DNA from: Eledone cirrhosa
Lineage: Eukaryota
DNA length: 64,000 nucleotides
Reading direction: 5' to 3'
Assembly: GCA_964016885.1 (NCBI GenBank)
Contig: OZ024744.1
Span: 46,934,001-46,998,000 of the forward strand
Shown here: piece by piece, positions 1-12,169 of the stretch
Layout: each line of letters opens with the position of its first letter
How positions within the stretch are numbered: position 1 is the stretch's first letter
Translations under genes and position numbers: made by a program
Notes under the pieces: generated by a model
Databases searched by the model: none
Told to the model about the DNA's origin: nothing
What the model saw: only the letters and a program-made list of their open reading frames with translations

Positions 1-126
1 ATGTGGTAAGGAACCAGATGGACCATAACGCACCAAAGTACTCAATACTTAGGGTAGTAGAGTGGGTAATAGTCCAGAATTAGCCGTCGAAACGGCTTGA
101 GCTCAGCCGTCGGGTTCCTACTCGTT

Positions 127-130
<4 letters not shown>
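1..130. mobile_element. Inverted terminus of a short PLE-type element (same family as 13921-14112), with the 3' half of a hammerhead
   Basis: 1-65 is the reverse complement of ~14041-14103, and 71-130 matches 13976-14035 directly. Contains GAAA-cggct-tgagctc-agccg-TC (89-111). Ends in (TA)n. Confidence 0.6.
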
Positions 131-176
<46 letters not shown>

Positions 177-414
177 TATAAAAGTCAGTAAACATGTATA
201 CGTATATACTTACATATATGTATACAGACGTACAGTAGTATGTATATATACATACATGCACATATATATATATATATATATATGTACGTATGGTTTTACC
301 GAACATTTATTATAATGTTCGGTTTGTTTGTTTGTAAACAAGCAGACAGCCCGAATTACGCCGTACAGTGTTTAGGCAACCATCGTCATCTTTTTATTCA
401 ACACTGACACAGGA

Positions 415-457
415 ACGATGTACTAGTTTCAAGCTTATTAGCTATCGTCAGCATCGT
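415..457 (-). ncRNA. Minimal type I hammerhead ribozyme motif
   Basis: Minus strand reads acgatg-CTGACGA-tagct aata agctt-GAAA-CTAG-TA-catcgt: 6-bp stem I, short stem II, palindromic stem III, GUA triplet. Confidence 0.8.
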
Positions 458-953
458 ATACCTTCCTCCCAGATGATTTAAGTATCAGCCGTACTAAGAG
501 TGAGAAAGGAAATTTCGTTTCATTCTTTTCCGTAATGGATTTCCCCTCACAAAGATTTATATATATGTGTGCGTGCGTGCGTGCGTGTCTGTGTGTGTGT
601 GGGGGGGGGGGGGGGCACACATCATTTCACGCGTCTCCAATCAGTTCAGCTGAAAAAGGTATATATATATTAGCAGAAATATATGATTGAGAAAACAAAG
701 CTCTAAAATTTTATTCTTTACGCCATATTTCATCTGAAAGGGTAACATTCGTTTTCTGATGGAAGGAATTAAATAAGATTTATATACCTCCGTAGAAGGT
801 ATACAGATATAATAATTATTATTGTTTATCCTTCAACCTTTAAATGTAAACATACCGTCAATCCCTCGGCCCCCCAAAGACCCATTAATAAGTGTAAATA
901 GATATCGAGACCTCTATTAACAGTTTAAATCTGCCTTTGCACCTATATATTCA

Positions 954-1037
954 CATATCTGAAGAGATGTCAAATAAATCGTCGAGTCCCGTCATCTTGA
1001 TTGTGCCCTAACCTGATATTGAAACAATTGTAATATG
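954..1037 (+). ncRNA. Minimal type I hammerhead ribozyme motif
   Basis: catat-CTGAAGA-gatgtca...tgatatt-GAAA-C aatt G-TA-atatg. All three stems pair, and AATAAA follows. Confidence 0.8.
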
Positions 1038-1220
1038 CCAATAAAGTTTGTACTCATGCTGCAACACTGACTTCGATTCTTTTCAATCTACACTCTGCAA
1101 ATTACAGCCGTAACCCTGGAATACATCCTAAACGAGATGAACCAAGCCTTTCGAACGGCCCGTAACTGTAGTTACACACCTAACTATCACATACATACAC
1201 AGACATATATTTACATATAA

Positions 1221-1275
1221 ACACGTATGGGAAACCTGCGGCCCGCGAAGCTTTCTGAATGGCTCGCCTAAGTCA
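1221..1275 (+). mobile_element. Possible hAT (Charlie-like) transposon end fragment
   Basis: 'atgggaaacctgcggcccgcg' resembles typical hAT subterminal sequence; no partner end was found. Confidence 0.3.
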
Positions 1276-1324
1276 CCTATATGAAAACTTTCTGATCCAC
1301 CGAAACTCGGCCGTTTCGGACCAT

Positions 1325-2450
1325 ACCAAAATCAACATACTGATTGCGGATTTGGTACGGGTGATGAGAAACGTGTCCCGCATGTGCAACCCCGAAGAAC
1401 TATAGAAACACATACAACACTTCATCCACCGTATGCAGTTCTCTGGCTACAATCAGAGAGATAAAATCAGAGTGTATAGAGGAGCCAGAACCAAATGGGA
1501 AAAAATGGGAAATAATGACATAAATGGGACCTGCCCCTTGTATAGGAGCAAATTTTGGAATAGAATAGAAAGAACTAGGAACAAGGCTAATAGAATAAAC
1601 TCATGGTATGATAGCAATAAATACCAGAGTGTAATGTTCATCGATACAACCCCTAGAGGTGAATTAGCTTACAAATTTAGAAGGGCCCTAAATAAACATA
1701 AACTCAATATTAAGATAGTAGAAAGACCAGGTACCTCCGTAAAAAACACTTATTAGCAAGACATACCCTTTTCAAATACCCTCATGTATAGATATAACCT
1801 GTAAAATAAGCCCCCATATTAACTGTAAAACTAGAAATGTAGTGTATAGCATAAGATGTACTGAAGGACAATGTAGAGACAAAAATATAGTGTACATAGG
1901 TGAGACAGCTCGTAGTGTAGGGGAACGGATAAATGAACACTGGCGAGACCTTCAAGATAGTAAAGAATCATCTGTACTCTACCAACATGCTAAAATAGAA
2001 CACAAGGGTAAATTAGAGAACATAGAAATAAAAATAGAATCTACACACAGAAAAGACGCAATGTTTAGACAAATTACAGAGGCAATAAACATAAAAGAAT
2101 TACAACCAAAATTAAATAGAAAATATGAGTGGAACAGCAACATCACAACTTACAATTAAGGACAAAATGAAAACACACACACACATAGAACAAACAAGCA
2201 ACCAGTAACATGTAAATAAACAAATAAATAAATGAACATAAACACACACGGACCCCCGGATGTAGCGCATGCGCAGACTGAGCACACAACACACACACAG
2301 AAACAAAATGGCGTAGGACAGAACAAAGGAGAGGCACAGAAACAAAGAAAGGAATCCCCAGTCACTGAAGAGGTCACAGAGTGTGTGACGAAAGAACTAT
2401 GACAATATATAAACAAGTATCTGGTTGTGGGACCAACCAACCAACCAGAA
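1325..2450 (+). mobile_element. Degenerate 3' part of a Penelope-like element (RT C-terminus, GIY-YIG endonuclease, 3' region with HHR)
   Basis: ORFs 1433-1756 and 1842-2159 are broken by a stop and a frameshift. Motifs VYSIRC..C, VYIGETARS..ERINEH, LYQH...H and RQITEA...LNRK are typical of the PLE GIY-YIG domain with CCHH. Confidence 0.85.
2361..2403 (+). ncRNA. Minimal hammerhead motif downstream of the PLE ORF
   Basis: gtca-CTGAAGA-ggtcaca gagtg tgtgac-GAAA-G aa C-TA-tgac; stem II has one unpaired G. Confidence 0.65.
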
Positions 2451-2617
2451 ATTTATAAATTTATAAATTTATTATAAATTTATTATAATAATAAATTGAA
2501 GTGAAAGCAACTGGTGCGTGTGTTTCTTATTGGCAACATGACCCTCCCAAAGTATAACAATATCGGTTTCAACACACGATTTCAGATAAAGAATCTTGCT
2601 AAACAAATTCAGAAACG

Positions 2618-2664
<47 letters not shown>

Positions 2665-2667
<3 letters not shown>

Positions 2668-2835
2668 TCATGATTTCATTCTATGTCCGCTTTTTCCTGC
2701 TTGCAGGGGTGGGACGGGAACTGATTCTGGCTTGATTTTTTACAGCTGGATGCCATTCCTAACACCAACCTCATTTACAGTGAGTGCTGGGTGCTTTTTT
2801 GCTGTGGCACCTCCACGATCACTTTGCAGTGGAAT
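2665..2835 (-). mobile_element. SINE-like repeat with (ATG)n tail, containing the unamplified progenitor of the 48-bp satellite
   Basis: 'ctggatgccattcctaacaccaacctcatttacagtgagtgctgggtgctttttt gctgtg' is shared with 22330-22390, 26215-26251, 32120-32185 and the satellite monomer. Confidence 0.7.
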
Positions 2836-2862
2836 GATATGGACCCCATTCCCTATCATCTA

Positions 2863-3000
2863 ATTTCTACAGCTGAGTAAACTGGAGCAATGTGAAATAA
2901 AGTGTCTTGCTCAAGGAAACAACACACCACCCGGTCTGAGAATTGAACTCACAACCTTTACGATTGAAAGGCCAATGCTCTAACAGCTAACCCATGCTCC
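2863..3000 (-). mobile_element. tRNA-derived SINE, 5' part
   Basis: Minus strand has a tRNA-like head with B box (GAGTTCAATTC) followed by 'ccttgagcaagacactt'. Other copies lie at 23910-24040 and ~31250-31360. Confidence 0.7.
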
Positions 3001-3004
3001 TCCT

Positions 3005-3106
<102 letters not shown>

Positions 3107-3211
3107 TATTGGAAGTTTATTATAAAGAAGCAGTATCAGGATAAAAAATAGAAATATGCACTTGGGGCTGGACGGCGTACAATGAGAAGTGGAGCGACGT
3201 GAAAAGCGTTC

Positions 3212-3706
3212 TTTATTAACAGCGAAATAGCAATGTCGATGATATGCAAGTTTGAAAATGCAGATTATGAAGGTTCGTATGATAGTTTACACTTTGATCG
3301 TCTTATTTAAAATAACATATCAAAGACAACGTTATTTCGCTGTTAATAAACTGTTGCCTTCTACAGTACGTTTCATTTTCATTTTTCAATGACAGTTGCT
3401 CTATATTAAATTTAAATACTTCTATAACGATCATACAGTACAGATTTATGAAATCGATTCTGCAGTAGAATTTTACGAAATGCCAAAAGGTCACTGTTTT
3501 CTAACAAAATAAATAAAACCCTTAGATTGCGAACCCCTTGTTCTAATACTGGGGTTAGTTATTTCCCCCTCTTCTAATAAACGTCTAATATATAGAGGCG
3601 CCTCTTGCTGACCAGGGCAATCAAAAGGTAAACTATCATACACACCTTCATAATCTGCATTTTCAAACTTGCATATCATCGACATTGCTATTTCGCTGTA
3701 AATAAA
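3212..3706. repeat. ~87-bp inverted repeat pair (MITE-like or inversion relic)
   Basis: 3212-3298 is the near-perfect reverse complement of 3620-3706. Confidence 0.7.
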
Positions 3707-3919
3707 CATCGCTAGGGGGAAATAACTCACCGGAAGCGATAGTAAATAGACCGTTTCGGGGCCCTAGGGACCACATTTTTAAAGTTAGAGATCTGAAACC
3801 TCGTCTATTTGCTTCCTTGGCACCTTTTACATAGGTGTGTACATTTTCATGTCCGTCCGCCCACGTCTGCTACCATTTAACCATACACTACTGAATTTCA
3901 ACCACCACCCATTTCACTA

Positions 3920-3989
<70 letters not shown>

Positions 3990-3991
<2 letters not shown>

Positions 3992-4860
3992 AAGGCGGGT
4001 AAAATTCCCGAGATCCATGGACGAGTTCTCTCCAGCGGTCTCTGTCCCTCATTATCGCTGCCATGTCCTGCATCTCCAACAGACCAGTGTCTGTCCTTAG
4101 GGCATCAACATACGTTAACCTTGGTCTTCCTCTTCTAGTGTGTCCATGTAGGGGCTCCCAAAGGAGCACTGAGTGCAATGTCAACTCTGGATGTCGGTGA
4201 GCATGTCCAGCCAACCTCAGTCTCCTCTGTGTCACTTTTGAGCTCACTTTTGGGATGCTCCCATACAGCTCTGAGTTTTTCATCCTCAGTGTATACTGAT
4301 TAATGTTCAGAGCCATCCTCAGCATTCTCGTGTAGCACCCATCCACCATCTGAGTGAGTTTCTCGGTCAGTGTCCAAGTCTCAGACTCCATACAGCAGCA
4401 CAGACTCCACTACAGCAATGAAGAGGCGGATTTTCAGGTCTCTACGAAGGTCCGACTTCCAGACCGATCTCAAGCTGTGGCACGCCGCCCAGGCCTTACT
4501 CTTCCTCTCAACCACATCATCTTCCGTATTCCCAATCTTTGCTCCCAAATACAGGAAGTCCTCAACCAATTCCAGCGGCTTCCCGCCTACATTAGTGATC
4601 CCCTCTGGCTTCTCAACATTCTCTACCAGATATTTTGTTTTAGTCTCATTCATTCTCAGCCCCACACTCATCGACACAGTCTCAACCTCCCGCATCAAAT
4701 CCTCTGCCTCCTTCACTGTATTTGTCACCAAAACTATGTCGTCGGCAAACTCAGCATCCGATACCTTTTTCGCCCTAACTCTCCTGCTCTGAGCCGGTGC
4801 TACAGTAAAGCCAGAGTCCTGGTGTTTCTCCAGTGCAAGGCGCATACAATAGTCCACTAC
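3990..4860 (-). mobile_element. 5'-truncated RTE-clade LINE (C-terminal half of RT, one frameshift), flanked by (TA)n
   Basis: FADDIVL, GLRMNETKTK and FLYLG in 4381-4857; DGCYTRMLRMAL, GHAHRH and RGRPRLTY in 3990-4391. The stop codon directly abuts (TA)n. Confidence 0.9.
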
Positions 4861-4884
4861 GATGATAAAAAATTATATATATAT

Positions 4885-4917
<33 letters not shown>

Positions 4918-4989
4918 ATTATATATATATATATATAATTATATATATATATATATAATTATATATATATAATTATATATATATATAAT

Positions 4990-5053
<64 letters not shown>

Positions 5054-5126
5054 GGTAAACATTGATGCAATTCAATTCAAGCACTCAACGTACTTTTTCC
5101 ACATAAGAGTGACGGAGTAAATATCG

Positions 5127-5462
5127 AATAAGTAAAAGCGAAGTAGTTTCAGATGTTCAAGTCCTTTAATAATAATGCTGTGATATATATTTCAATGACG
5201 ACACTGGCCACACTGTTCTGTGTGCGAGTGTCGTGACATCATCAGACAGCTTGTTACATAATGAGGTTGTTTCCGAGGCAATCCAAATTGAATCGATTCA
5301 ATTTGGATTGCCTCGGAAACAACCTTATTATGTAACAAGCTGTCTGATGATGTCACGACACTCGCACACAGAACAGTGTGGCCAGTGTCGTCATTGAAAT
5401 ATATATCACAGCATTATTATTAAAGGACTTGAACATCTGAAACTACTTCGCTTTTACTTATT
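5127..5462. repeat. Near-perfect 336-bp palindrome within a (TA)n-flanked insert (~5052-5462)
   Basis: Centre atccaaattgaat-cg-attcaatttggat at 5294/5295. Arms are 168 bp with one mismatch seen. Confidence 0.95.
5339..5412 (+). ncRNA. Minimal hammerhead motif in the palindrome arm (mirror copy 5177-5250, minus)
   Basis: gctgt-CTGATGA-tgtc acgacact...agtgtcgt catt-GAAA-T atat A-TC-acagc; the base of stem II is imperfect. Confidence 0.65.
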
Positions 5463-5480
5463 ATATATATATATATATAT

Positions 5481-5846
5481 GAAGTAATTCCATCGGAAAA
5501 GTCCAGGAAAAAAGAGTGCTCTATGTAAGCAACAGAGCTTAATTATTATTATTATGTAATAAACAACATAAGGCAATTATTCCATTTACCAGTGGTTTCT
5601 TAAAAGCAAAAGGTTTTGCTTTCAATCCTCAGAATGAAAAATCCTGGTTTGTTTATTGAATATGGATTCTAAAAACAAAAATGCAATCTATATGAAAGTG
5701 AGGCTGGAAAAGGGAGAAGGAAAGGAAAAATAAAATAAAATAAAACTACACATGCAAACACACACAAAAAAACACAAAAGCATACTTACACACACACACA
5801 TATATACACATATAATTTGCACGCATACACATATACACATACACAC

Positions 5847-5886
<40 letters not shown>

Positions 5887-5988
5887 CATATATATACATA
5901 TGTATATATATATACATATATATATAAAGAGCGTACACCTACACACACATACACATATATACACACATATACACATACATATATTCAT

Positions 5989-6037
<49 letters not shown>

Positions 6038-6073
6038 CATACACACACACTTATATATACACATGTACATATC

Positions 6074-6140
<67 letters not shown>

Positions 6141-6589
6141 ATACATATATACATATATATATATACATATATATACATACATACATATACACACATATAC
6201 ACATATACATACACACACACATATATATACACACACATATACATACATTCACACAAACATACAACGTACATACATACACATACATGAATGCACTCCACTA
6301 CATATTAACACACGCAAATAAATATAAGAAAAAATTAATATAAATAATATTAACAAATATTTGACAGCGATACATGCCCCAGCTAACAGGACAGACACGC
6401 GTGGTAAGTAATACACACATAAGCATATATACATACGTTCGAAATAGTAAACACATACACACACTCTCACACATAAATATACATATACAAATACATAAAC
6501 ACGTACATACACATACATACGCAAACACGTACACGTATACAATATAAACACACACATATGTATATGTAATTATATACACACACACACAC

Positions 6590-6632
<43 letters not shown>

Positions 6633-6640
6633 CAAAAATA
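5481..6640 (-). mobile_element. Inverted pseudo-LTR copy of the PLE at 6641-13261
   Basis: Reverse complement of ~7146-8886 without the nested 7174-7724 insert. Includes the HHR at 5581-5638. Confidence 0.9.
5581..5638 (-). ncRNA. Type I hammerhead ribozyme (inverted copy of 8729-8786)
   Basis: Exact reverse complement of 8729-8786. Confidence 0.85.
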
Positions 6641-6645
6641 TTTTT

Positions 6646-6703
6646 TTCATTCTGTAGATTGAAGGAAACTTTTTTTGCTTTTAAGAAACCTCTGGTGAAT
6701 GGA
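6646..6703 (+). other. Degenerate hammerhead paralog at the pLTR start (second copy 11624-11681)
   Basis: ttcatt-CTGTAGA-ttgaagg...cttttaa-GAAA-CC tct GG-TG-aatgga. Core A>T and cleavage triplet GUG differ from 8729-8786. Confidence 0.75.
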
Positions 6704-7307
6704 TTAATTGCCTTGTATGGCTTTATTACTTTACTACTATATATACGTTTATGTAAGGTTCATTTGTCTTATCTAATACTGAGCTTTACACATACACACA
6801 TGTATATGTGTGTGTGTATGTGTATGCATGTGTGTATGTGTACGTGTATGTGTGTATATATATATATATATATTTATATATATGTATGTGTATATATATA
6901 TATATGTATGTGTATAAATGTATATGTGTATATGTATGTGTATGTATGTATATGTTGCGTGTGTTTTTATTTATTTTTATGCATGTGTGGGTTTGTGTGT
7001 GGGTGTGTGTGTATATATGTGTGTGTGTTTGTATTTGGTTGTGCGTTCTTTTGATATATACGTATTTGCATGTGTATAATTGTTTAGCTATGTATGTATA
7101 TGTGTGTTTACGTATTTATATGTGTGTGTGCGTTTATATTTTTATATTTTTGTATGTATATATATATATATATGTAGATAAATCTACCAAGAGTTTACGG
7201 TAGTGTCCAATCCGTATGAAGAACTCAATGTATTCCGGATATCATGGAAAGAAGAGATGTAATGAAAAATCACTTTCGGTGAAAGATAAACGGTATACAG
7301 AGTCAAG

Positions 7308-7715
7308 ATAAAATATTAAACAAATAATGAATAAAACAATGAAACAGTTCCTTATATTAAACAAAAAAAGTTCATTATTTAACGATCGTTTCTAGGATAT
7401 ATATGTGTTAGAATTGGCATGCATATTCAACAGATCTATGTACAAAATTATACAAAATTATACAAACTATCAAGATTAAATATACATACCAACACATATA
7501 TACGCCGTCTTCAGAATCTGAAGACGGCGTATATATGTGTTGGTATGTATATTTAATCTTGATAGTTTGTATAATTTTGTATAATTTTGTACATAGATCT
7601 GTTGAATATGCATGCCAATTCTAACACATATATATCCTAGAAACGATCGTTAAATAATGAACTTTTTTTGTTTAATATAAGGAACTGTTTCATTGTTTTA
7701 TTCATTATTTGTTTA

Positions 7716-7724
<9 letters not shown>
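7308..7724. repeat. ~417-bp palindrome, part of a secondary insert (~7174-7724) in a (TA)n tract of the 5' pLTR
   Basis: Centre tacgccgtcttcaga-a-tctgaagacggcgta at 7516. Absent from the other two pLTR copies. The arm carries CTGAAGA (7518) ... GAAA-C gatc G-TT (7640-7651). Confidence 0.93.
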
Positions 7725-7752
<28 letters not shown>

Positions 7753-8238
7753 GTGTGTGTGTGTGTATATAATTACATATACATATGTGTGTGTTTATAT
7801 TGTATACGTGTACGTGTTTGCGTATGTATGTGTATGTACGTGTTTATGTATTTGTATATGTATATTTATGTGTGAGAGTGTGTGTATGTGTTTACTATTT
7901 CGAACGTATGTATATATGCTTATGTCTGTATTACTTACCACGCGTGTCTGTCCTGTTAGCTGGGGCATGTATCGCTGTCAAATATTTGTTAATATTATTT
8001 ATATATTTTTTTCTTATATTTATTTGCGTGTGTTAATATGTAGTGGAGTGCATTCATGTATGTGTATGTATGTACGTTGTATGTTTGTGTGAATGTATGT
8101 ATATGTGTGTGTATATATATGTGTGTGTGTATGTGTAGGCTTGTACACACACATGTGTGTGTGTGTGTATGTATATGTGTATATGTGTGTATATGTATGT
8201 ATGTATATATATGTATATATATATATGTATATATGTAT

Positions 8239-8285
<47 letters not shown>

Positions 8286-8319
8286 GATATGTACATGTGT
8301 ATATATATGTGTGTGTGTA

Positions 8320-8372
<53 letters not shown>

Positions 8373-8474
8373 ATGAATATATGTATGTGTATATGTGTGT
8401 ATATATGTGTATGTGTGTGTAGGTGTACGCTCTTTATATATATATGTATATATATATACATATGTATATATATG

Positions 8475-8520
<46 letters not shown>

Positions 8521-8728
8521 GTGTGTATGTGTATATGTGTATGCGTGCAAATTATATGTGTATATATGTGTGTGTGTGTAAGTATGCTTTTGTGTTTTTT
8601 TGTGTGTGTTTGCATGTGTAGTTTTATTTTATTTTATTTTTCCTTTCCTTCTCCCTTTTCCAGCCTCACTTTCATATAGATTGCATTTTTGTTTTTAGAA
8701 TCCATATTCAATAAACAAACCAGGATTT

Positions 8729-8786
8729 TTCATTCTGAGGATTGAAAGCAAAACCTTTTGCTTTTAAGAAACCACTGGTAAATGGA
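8729..8786 (+). ncRNA. Type I hammerhead ribozyme at the end of the 5' pLTR
   Basis: ttcatt-CTGAGGA-ttgaaagcaaaa cc ttttgcttttaa-GAAA-CC act GG-TA-aatgga. Predicted cleavage after 8780. Confidence 0.88.
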
Positions 8787-9006
8787 ATAATTGCCTTATG
8801 TTGTTTATTACATAATAATAATAATTAAGCTCTGTTGCTTACATAGAGCACTCTTTTTTCCTGGACTTTTCCGATGGAATTACTTCATTTATACAGCTCC
8901 AACCGGGATTGATTGCAGCATATTCGATATTACATATACGATTGGCACTTTCCAGCCCGATTAGTTGAGCACTCTACAGTTTTCAGGAATTTAACCAACA
9001 TACACC

Positions 9007-11139
9007 ATGGACCTTTATGATTTGGATTATTCTATCAAAAACATACCCACTCCTTCCAACACAACATACACCAAAATCCTCATTGATAAAATCGAGCAAG
9101 TCGTTAAAAGAATGAGATGGAAGGCAATGGTTTACGATGGACTATTCAGTGCTGATACTAAAGATAATTTTGACATTAAATCCCGTAAATATCCACCTAG
9201 AATTAAAGACATGGCCAACTTCGAATTAGACCTCGTTAATCTAATTAGTGATATCAAATTTCGTAAGTACAATAATAATTTTCAAACTAAACTTTCTCAC
9301 GATATCTCTAATTTTAGAAATTCTACAAACACTTTCGTTCTTTCTGATAAAACCAAAAACCTCTTTGAAGTTAATAGTAATTTGTATAACCAACTTTTAA
9401 CTAATAGTATTACCAATAAATATCAATTAACTAATAATAATAGCTACAATACTATCAATAAAGAAGCTAAAGAACTAGCTAGTTCTTTACAAATAGATAA
9501 CCGGATTGAAAGCTTAGCTAAGCGTAAAGCATATATTACCCTTAAAGACCATAAATTGGACTTTACTAATCGACCTAGTTGTAGACTGATTAACCCGGCT
9601 AAATCCGAGGTTGGCCTTGCTAGTAAGAAAATCTTAAGAAAAATAATTCTCCAAATTAGAACTAACACTGCCCTTTCACAGTGGCTAAATACTTCCTCTG
9701 TTATTTCTTGGTTCAATAATATACAAGGTAAAAATAAGTGTAGATTTACGCAATTTGATATTGTCGATTTTTACCCTTCTATTACCGTTTCCTTATTAAC
9801 TAAAGCCTTAGATTTTGCAAGACCCTTCATTAATATCTCCAAATTAGAAGAGGACATTATCTTTCATGCCAGAAAAACTTTACTTTTTACTAATGATAAT
9901 ATTTGGGTTAAAAAGTCAAACCCTGAAAACTCTTTCGATGTTGCAATGGGTTCTTATGACAGTGCGGATGTGTGCGACTTAGTAGGATTATTCCTTCTCC
10001 ACACACTCAAAGAGAAATTTCCGTCCCATAATATCGGTTTATACCGTGATGACGGATTAGCAGTTTCTCATACCACCAATGGCCATAATCTTGATAAATT
10101 CCGTAAAGATTTAATTAGTACCTTTGCTAACCTTAACCTTAAAATTACTATAGATACGAACCTTACTAATGCTAACTTTCTTGATATTAATCTTGATCTA
10201 CTTACTGCCTCTTTTAAACCCTATCATAAACCTAATGAAAATCTTAGGTATATACACAAAGAGTCTTGCCATCCCCCTATAGTTTTTAATAATCTTATTC
10301 CTAACATTAGCCGTAGGATTTCTACTTTATCTTCGTCTATAGACATTTTTAATAAAGCCGCCCCTTATTATAATAAAGCCCTTAAGAACAGCGGTTTTAC
10401 AGAAAATATTTCTTATTTACCTACTCCCCCCCCTAAAACTAACCATAATAACAGGAAAAGGAAGATTATTTGGTTCACACCCCCCTTCTCTCTAAATGTC
10501 AAAACTAATGTAGGAAGGAAATTCCTTGAACTATTAGACAAACATTTTCCTCCTATTCATAGATATTATAAGATTTTTAATAGGAATGTAGTTAAGATCA
10601 GCTACTCTTGTTGTCCATCCATGAAATCCAAAATCACCAGTTCAAACCGTACGAGGATAAATCCAGGATGCAGTTGCAGGAAGCCGGATGAATGCCCATT
10701 GCAGGGTAAATGTAACACAAAATCTGTCGTTTATGAGGCTAAAATAACGCCAGTTATCAACAACCAGCCAGCCAGAAGCGAGCGATATGTCGGTATGACC
10801 CAGGACAGGTTTAAAACCAGATTTTACTCACATGTCGCTTCTTTTAAACACTCAGATAAACGAACATCAACGGCCCTCGCAAGTAAGGTATGGGATCTCA
10901 AGGATAGTAATATCCCGTACTCTATTGATTGGTCTATATTAGACCATTCGAGGGAGTACCAAAGGGGCACAAAGAATTGTTCTTTGTGTACCACAGAAAA
11001 GTATAGGATTTTGCTAAACTTGAGAGACACTTCCGCTTGCCTTAACTCTAAGACTGAGATCTTCAGATGCTGTCCTCATCTGAAATCGCATCTGATCTGT
11101 AACTGGATTGACACTCCTACGATAAATCAACCGCCTTGA
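9007..11139 (+). CDS. Penelope-like RT with C-terminal GIY-YIG endonuclease, 710 aa, uninterrupted (resembles the Hydra clade)
   Basis: SDKT, KDHK...CRLINP, FDIVDFYPSI, AMGS, YRDDGL, NFLDI; Cys linker CSCx5CPxxGxC; VVYEA...YVGMT..FKTRF..H; CSLC..EK. Confidence 0.95.
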   Translation: MDLYDLDYSIKNIPTPSNTTYTKILIDKIEQVVKRMRWKAMVYDGLFSADTKDNFDIKSRKYPPRIKDMANFELDLVNLISDIKFRKYNNNFQTKLSHDISNFRNSTNTFVLSDKTKNLFEVNSNLYNQLLTNSITNKYQLTNNNSYNTINKEAKELASSLQIDNRIESLAKRKAYITLKDHKLDFTNRPSCRLINPAKSEVGLASKKILRKIILQIRTNTALSQWLNTSSVISWFNNIQGKNKCRFTQFDIVDFYPSITVSLLTKALDFARPFINISKLEEDIIFHARKTLLFTNDNIWVKKSNPENSFDVAMGSYDSADVCDLVGLFLLHTLKEKFPSHNIGLYRDDGLAVSHTTNGHNLDKFRKDLISTFANLNLKITIDTNLTNANFLDINLDLLTASFKPYHKPNENLRYIHKESCHPPIVFNNLIPNISRRISTLSSSIDIFNKAAPYYNKALKNSGFTENISYLPTPPPKTNHNNRKRKIIWFTPPFSLNVKTNVGRKFLELLDKHFPPIHRYYKIFNRNVVKISYSCCPSMKSKITSSNRTRINPGCSCRKPDECPLQGKCNTKSVVYEAKITPVINNQPARSERYVGMTQDRFKTRFYSHVASFKHSDKRTSTALASKVWDLKDSNIPYSIDWSILDHSREYQRGTKNCSLCTTEKYRILLNLRDTSACLNSKTEIFRCCPHLKSHLICNWIDTPTINQPP

Positions 11140-11431
11140 ACTCCTTCTCTGCTCTTTACTTTTGCTACGGCTTTTATTTTGCTGCTTCTACCTTCTGTAC
11201 TCTTGTATTTAAAAAAAAATTTTCTCCCTTACCTCCCCTTATATTTTTACCTCCTCTTAGCCCCCCCCACCCCATATATTCTTTTTGTTTTGCCCTTCAC
11301 ATACCTATGTGTATGTGTATGTATTTTTGTGTGTATATATGTATATGTGTACGTATATGTTTGTGAATGTATATATATGTGTATGTATGTATGTATATGT
11401 ATGTGTGTGTATATATGTGTATGTATATGTG

Positions 11432-11547
<116 letters not shown>

Positions 11548-11823
11548 CGTGTCTGTATGTGTGTATATATTTGTATATTTGTGTGTGTATATGTATGTAT
11601 ATGTGGATAAACCAGGGCTTTTTTTCATTCTGTAGATTGAAGGAAACTTTTTTTGCTTTTAAGAAACCTCTGGTGAATGGATTAATTGCCTTGTATGGCT
11701 TTATTACTTTACTACTATATATACGTTTATGTAAGGTTCATTTGTCTTATCTAATACTGAGCTTTACACATACACACATGTATATGTGTGTGTGTATGTG
11801 TATGCATGTGTGTATGTGTACGT

Positions 11824-11867
<44 letters not shown>

Positions 11868-12137
11868 ATATATATATATATATGTATGTGTATAAATGTA
11901 TATGTGTATATGTATGTGTATGTATGTATATGTTGCGTGTGTTTTTATTTATTTTTATGCATGTGTGGGTTTGTGTGTGGGTGTGTGTGTGTGTATATAT
12001 GTGTGTGTGTTTGTATTTGGTTGTGCGTTCTTTTGATATATACGTATTTGCATGTGTATAATTGTTTAGCTATGTATGTATATGTGTGTTTACGTATTTA
12101 TATGTGTGTGTGCGTTTATATTTTTATATTTTTGTAT

Positions 12138-12169
<32 letters not shown>

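Noticed and set aside
601-615. G15 run as a functional G-quadruplex
   Set aside because: Homopolymer at the end of a (GT)n tract with no supporting context.
4354-4938. Plus-strand ORFs over the RTE fragment, and ORFs antisense to the PLE and CRE sequences
   Set aside because: Shadow ORFs of retroelement coding strands with no recognisable motifs.
5688-8679. YI/CV/HT-rich ORFs (also 97-315, 11136-13119, 13968-14298)
   Set aside because: Translations of dinucleotide microsatellites.
8880-9006. Penelope-type 5' intron (AG acceptors at ~8896 and ~8986)
   Set aside because: No convincing donor could be assigned from the sequence alone.
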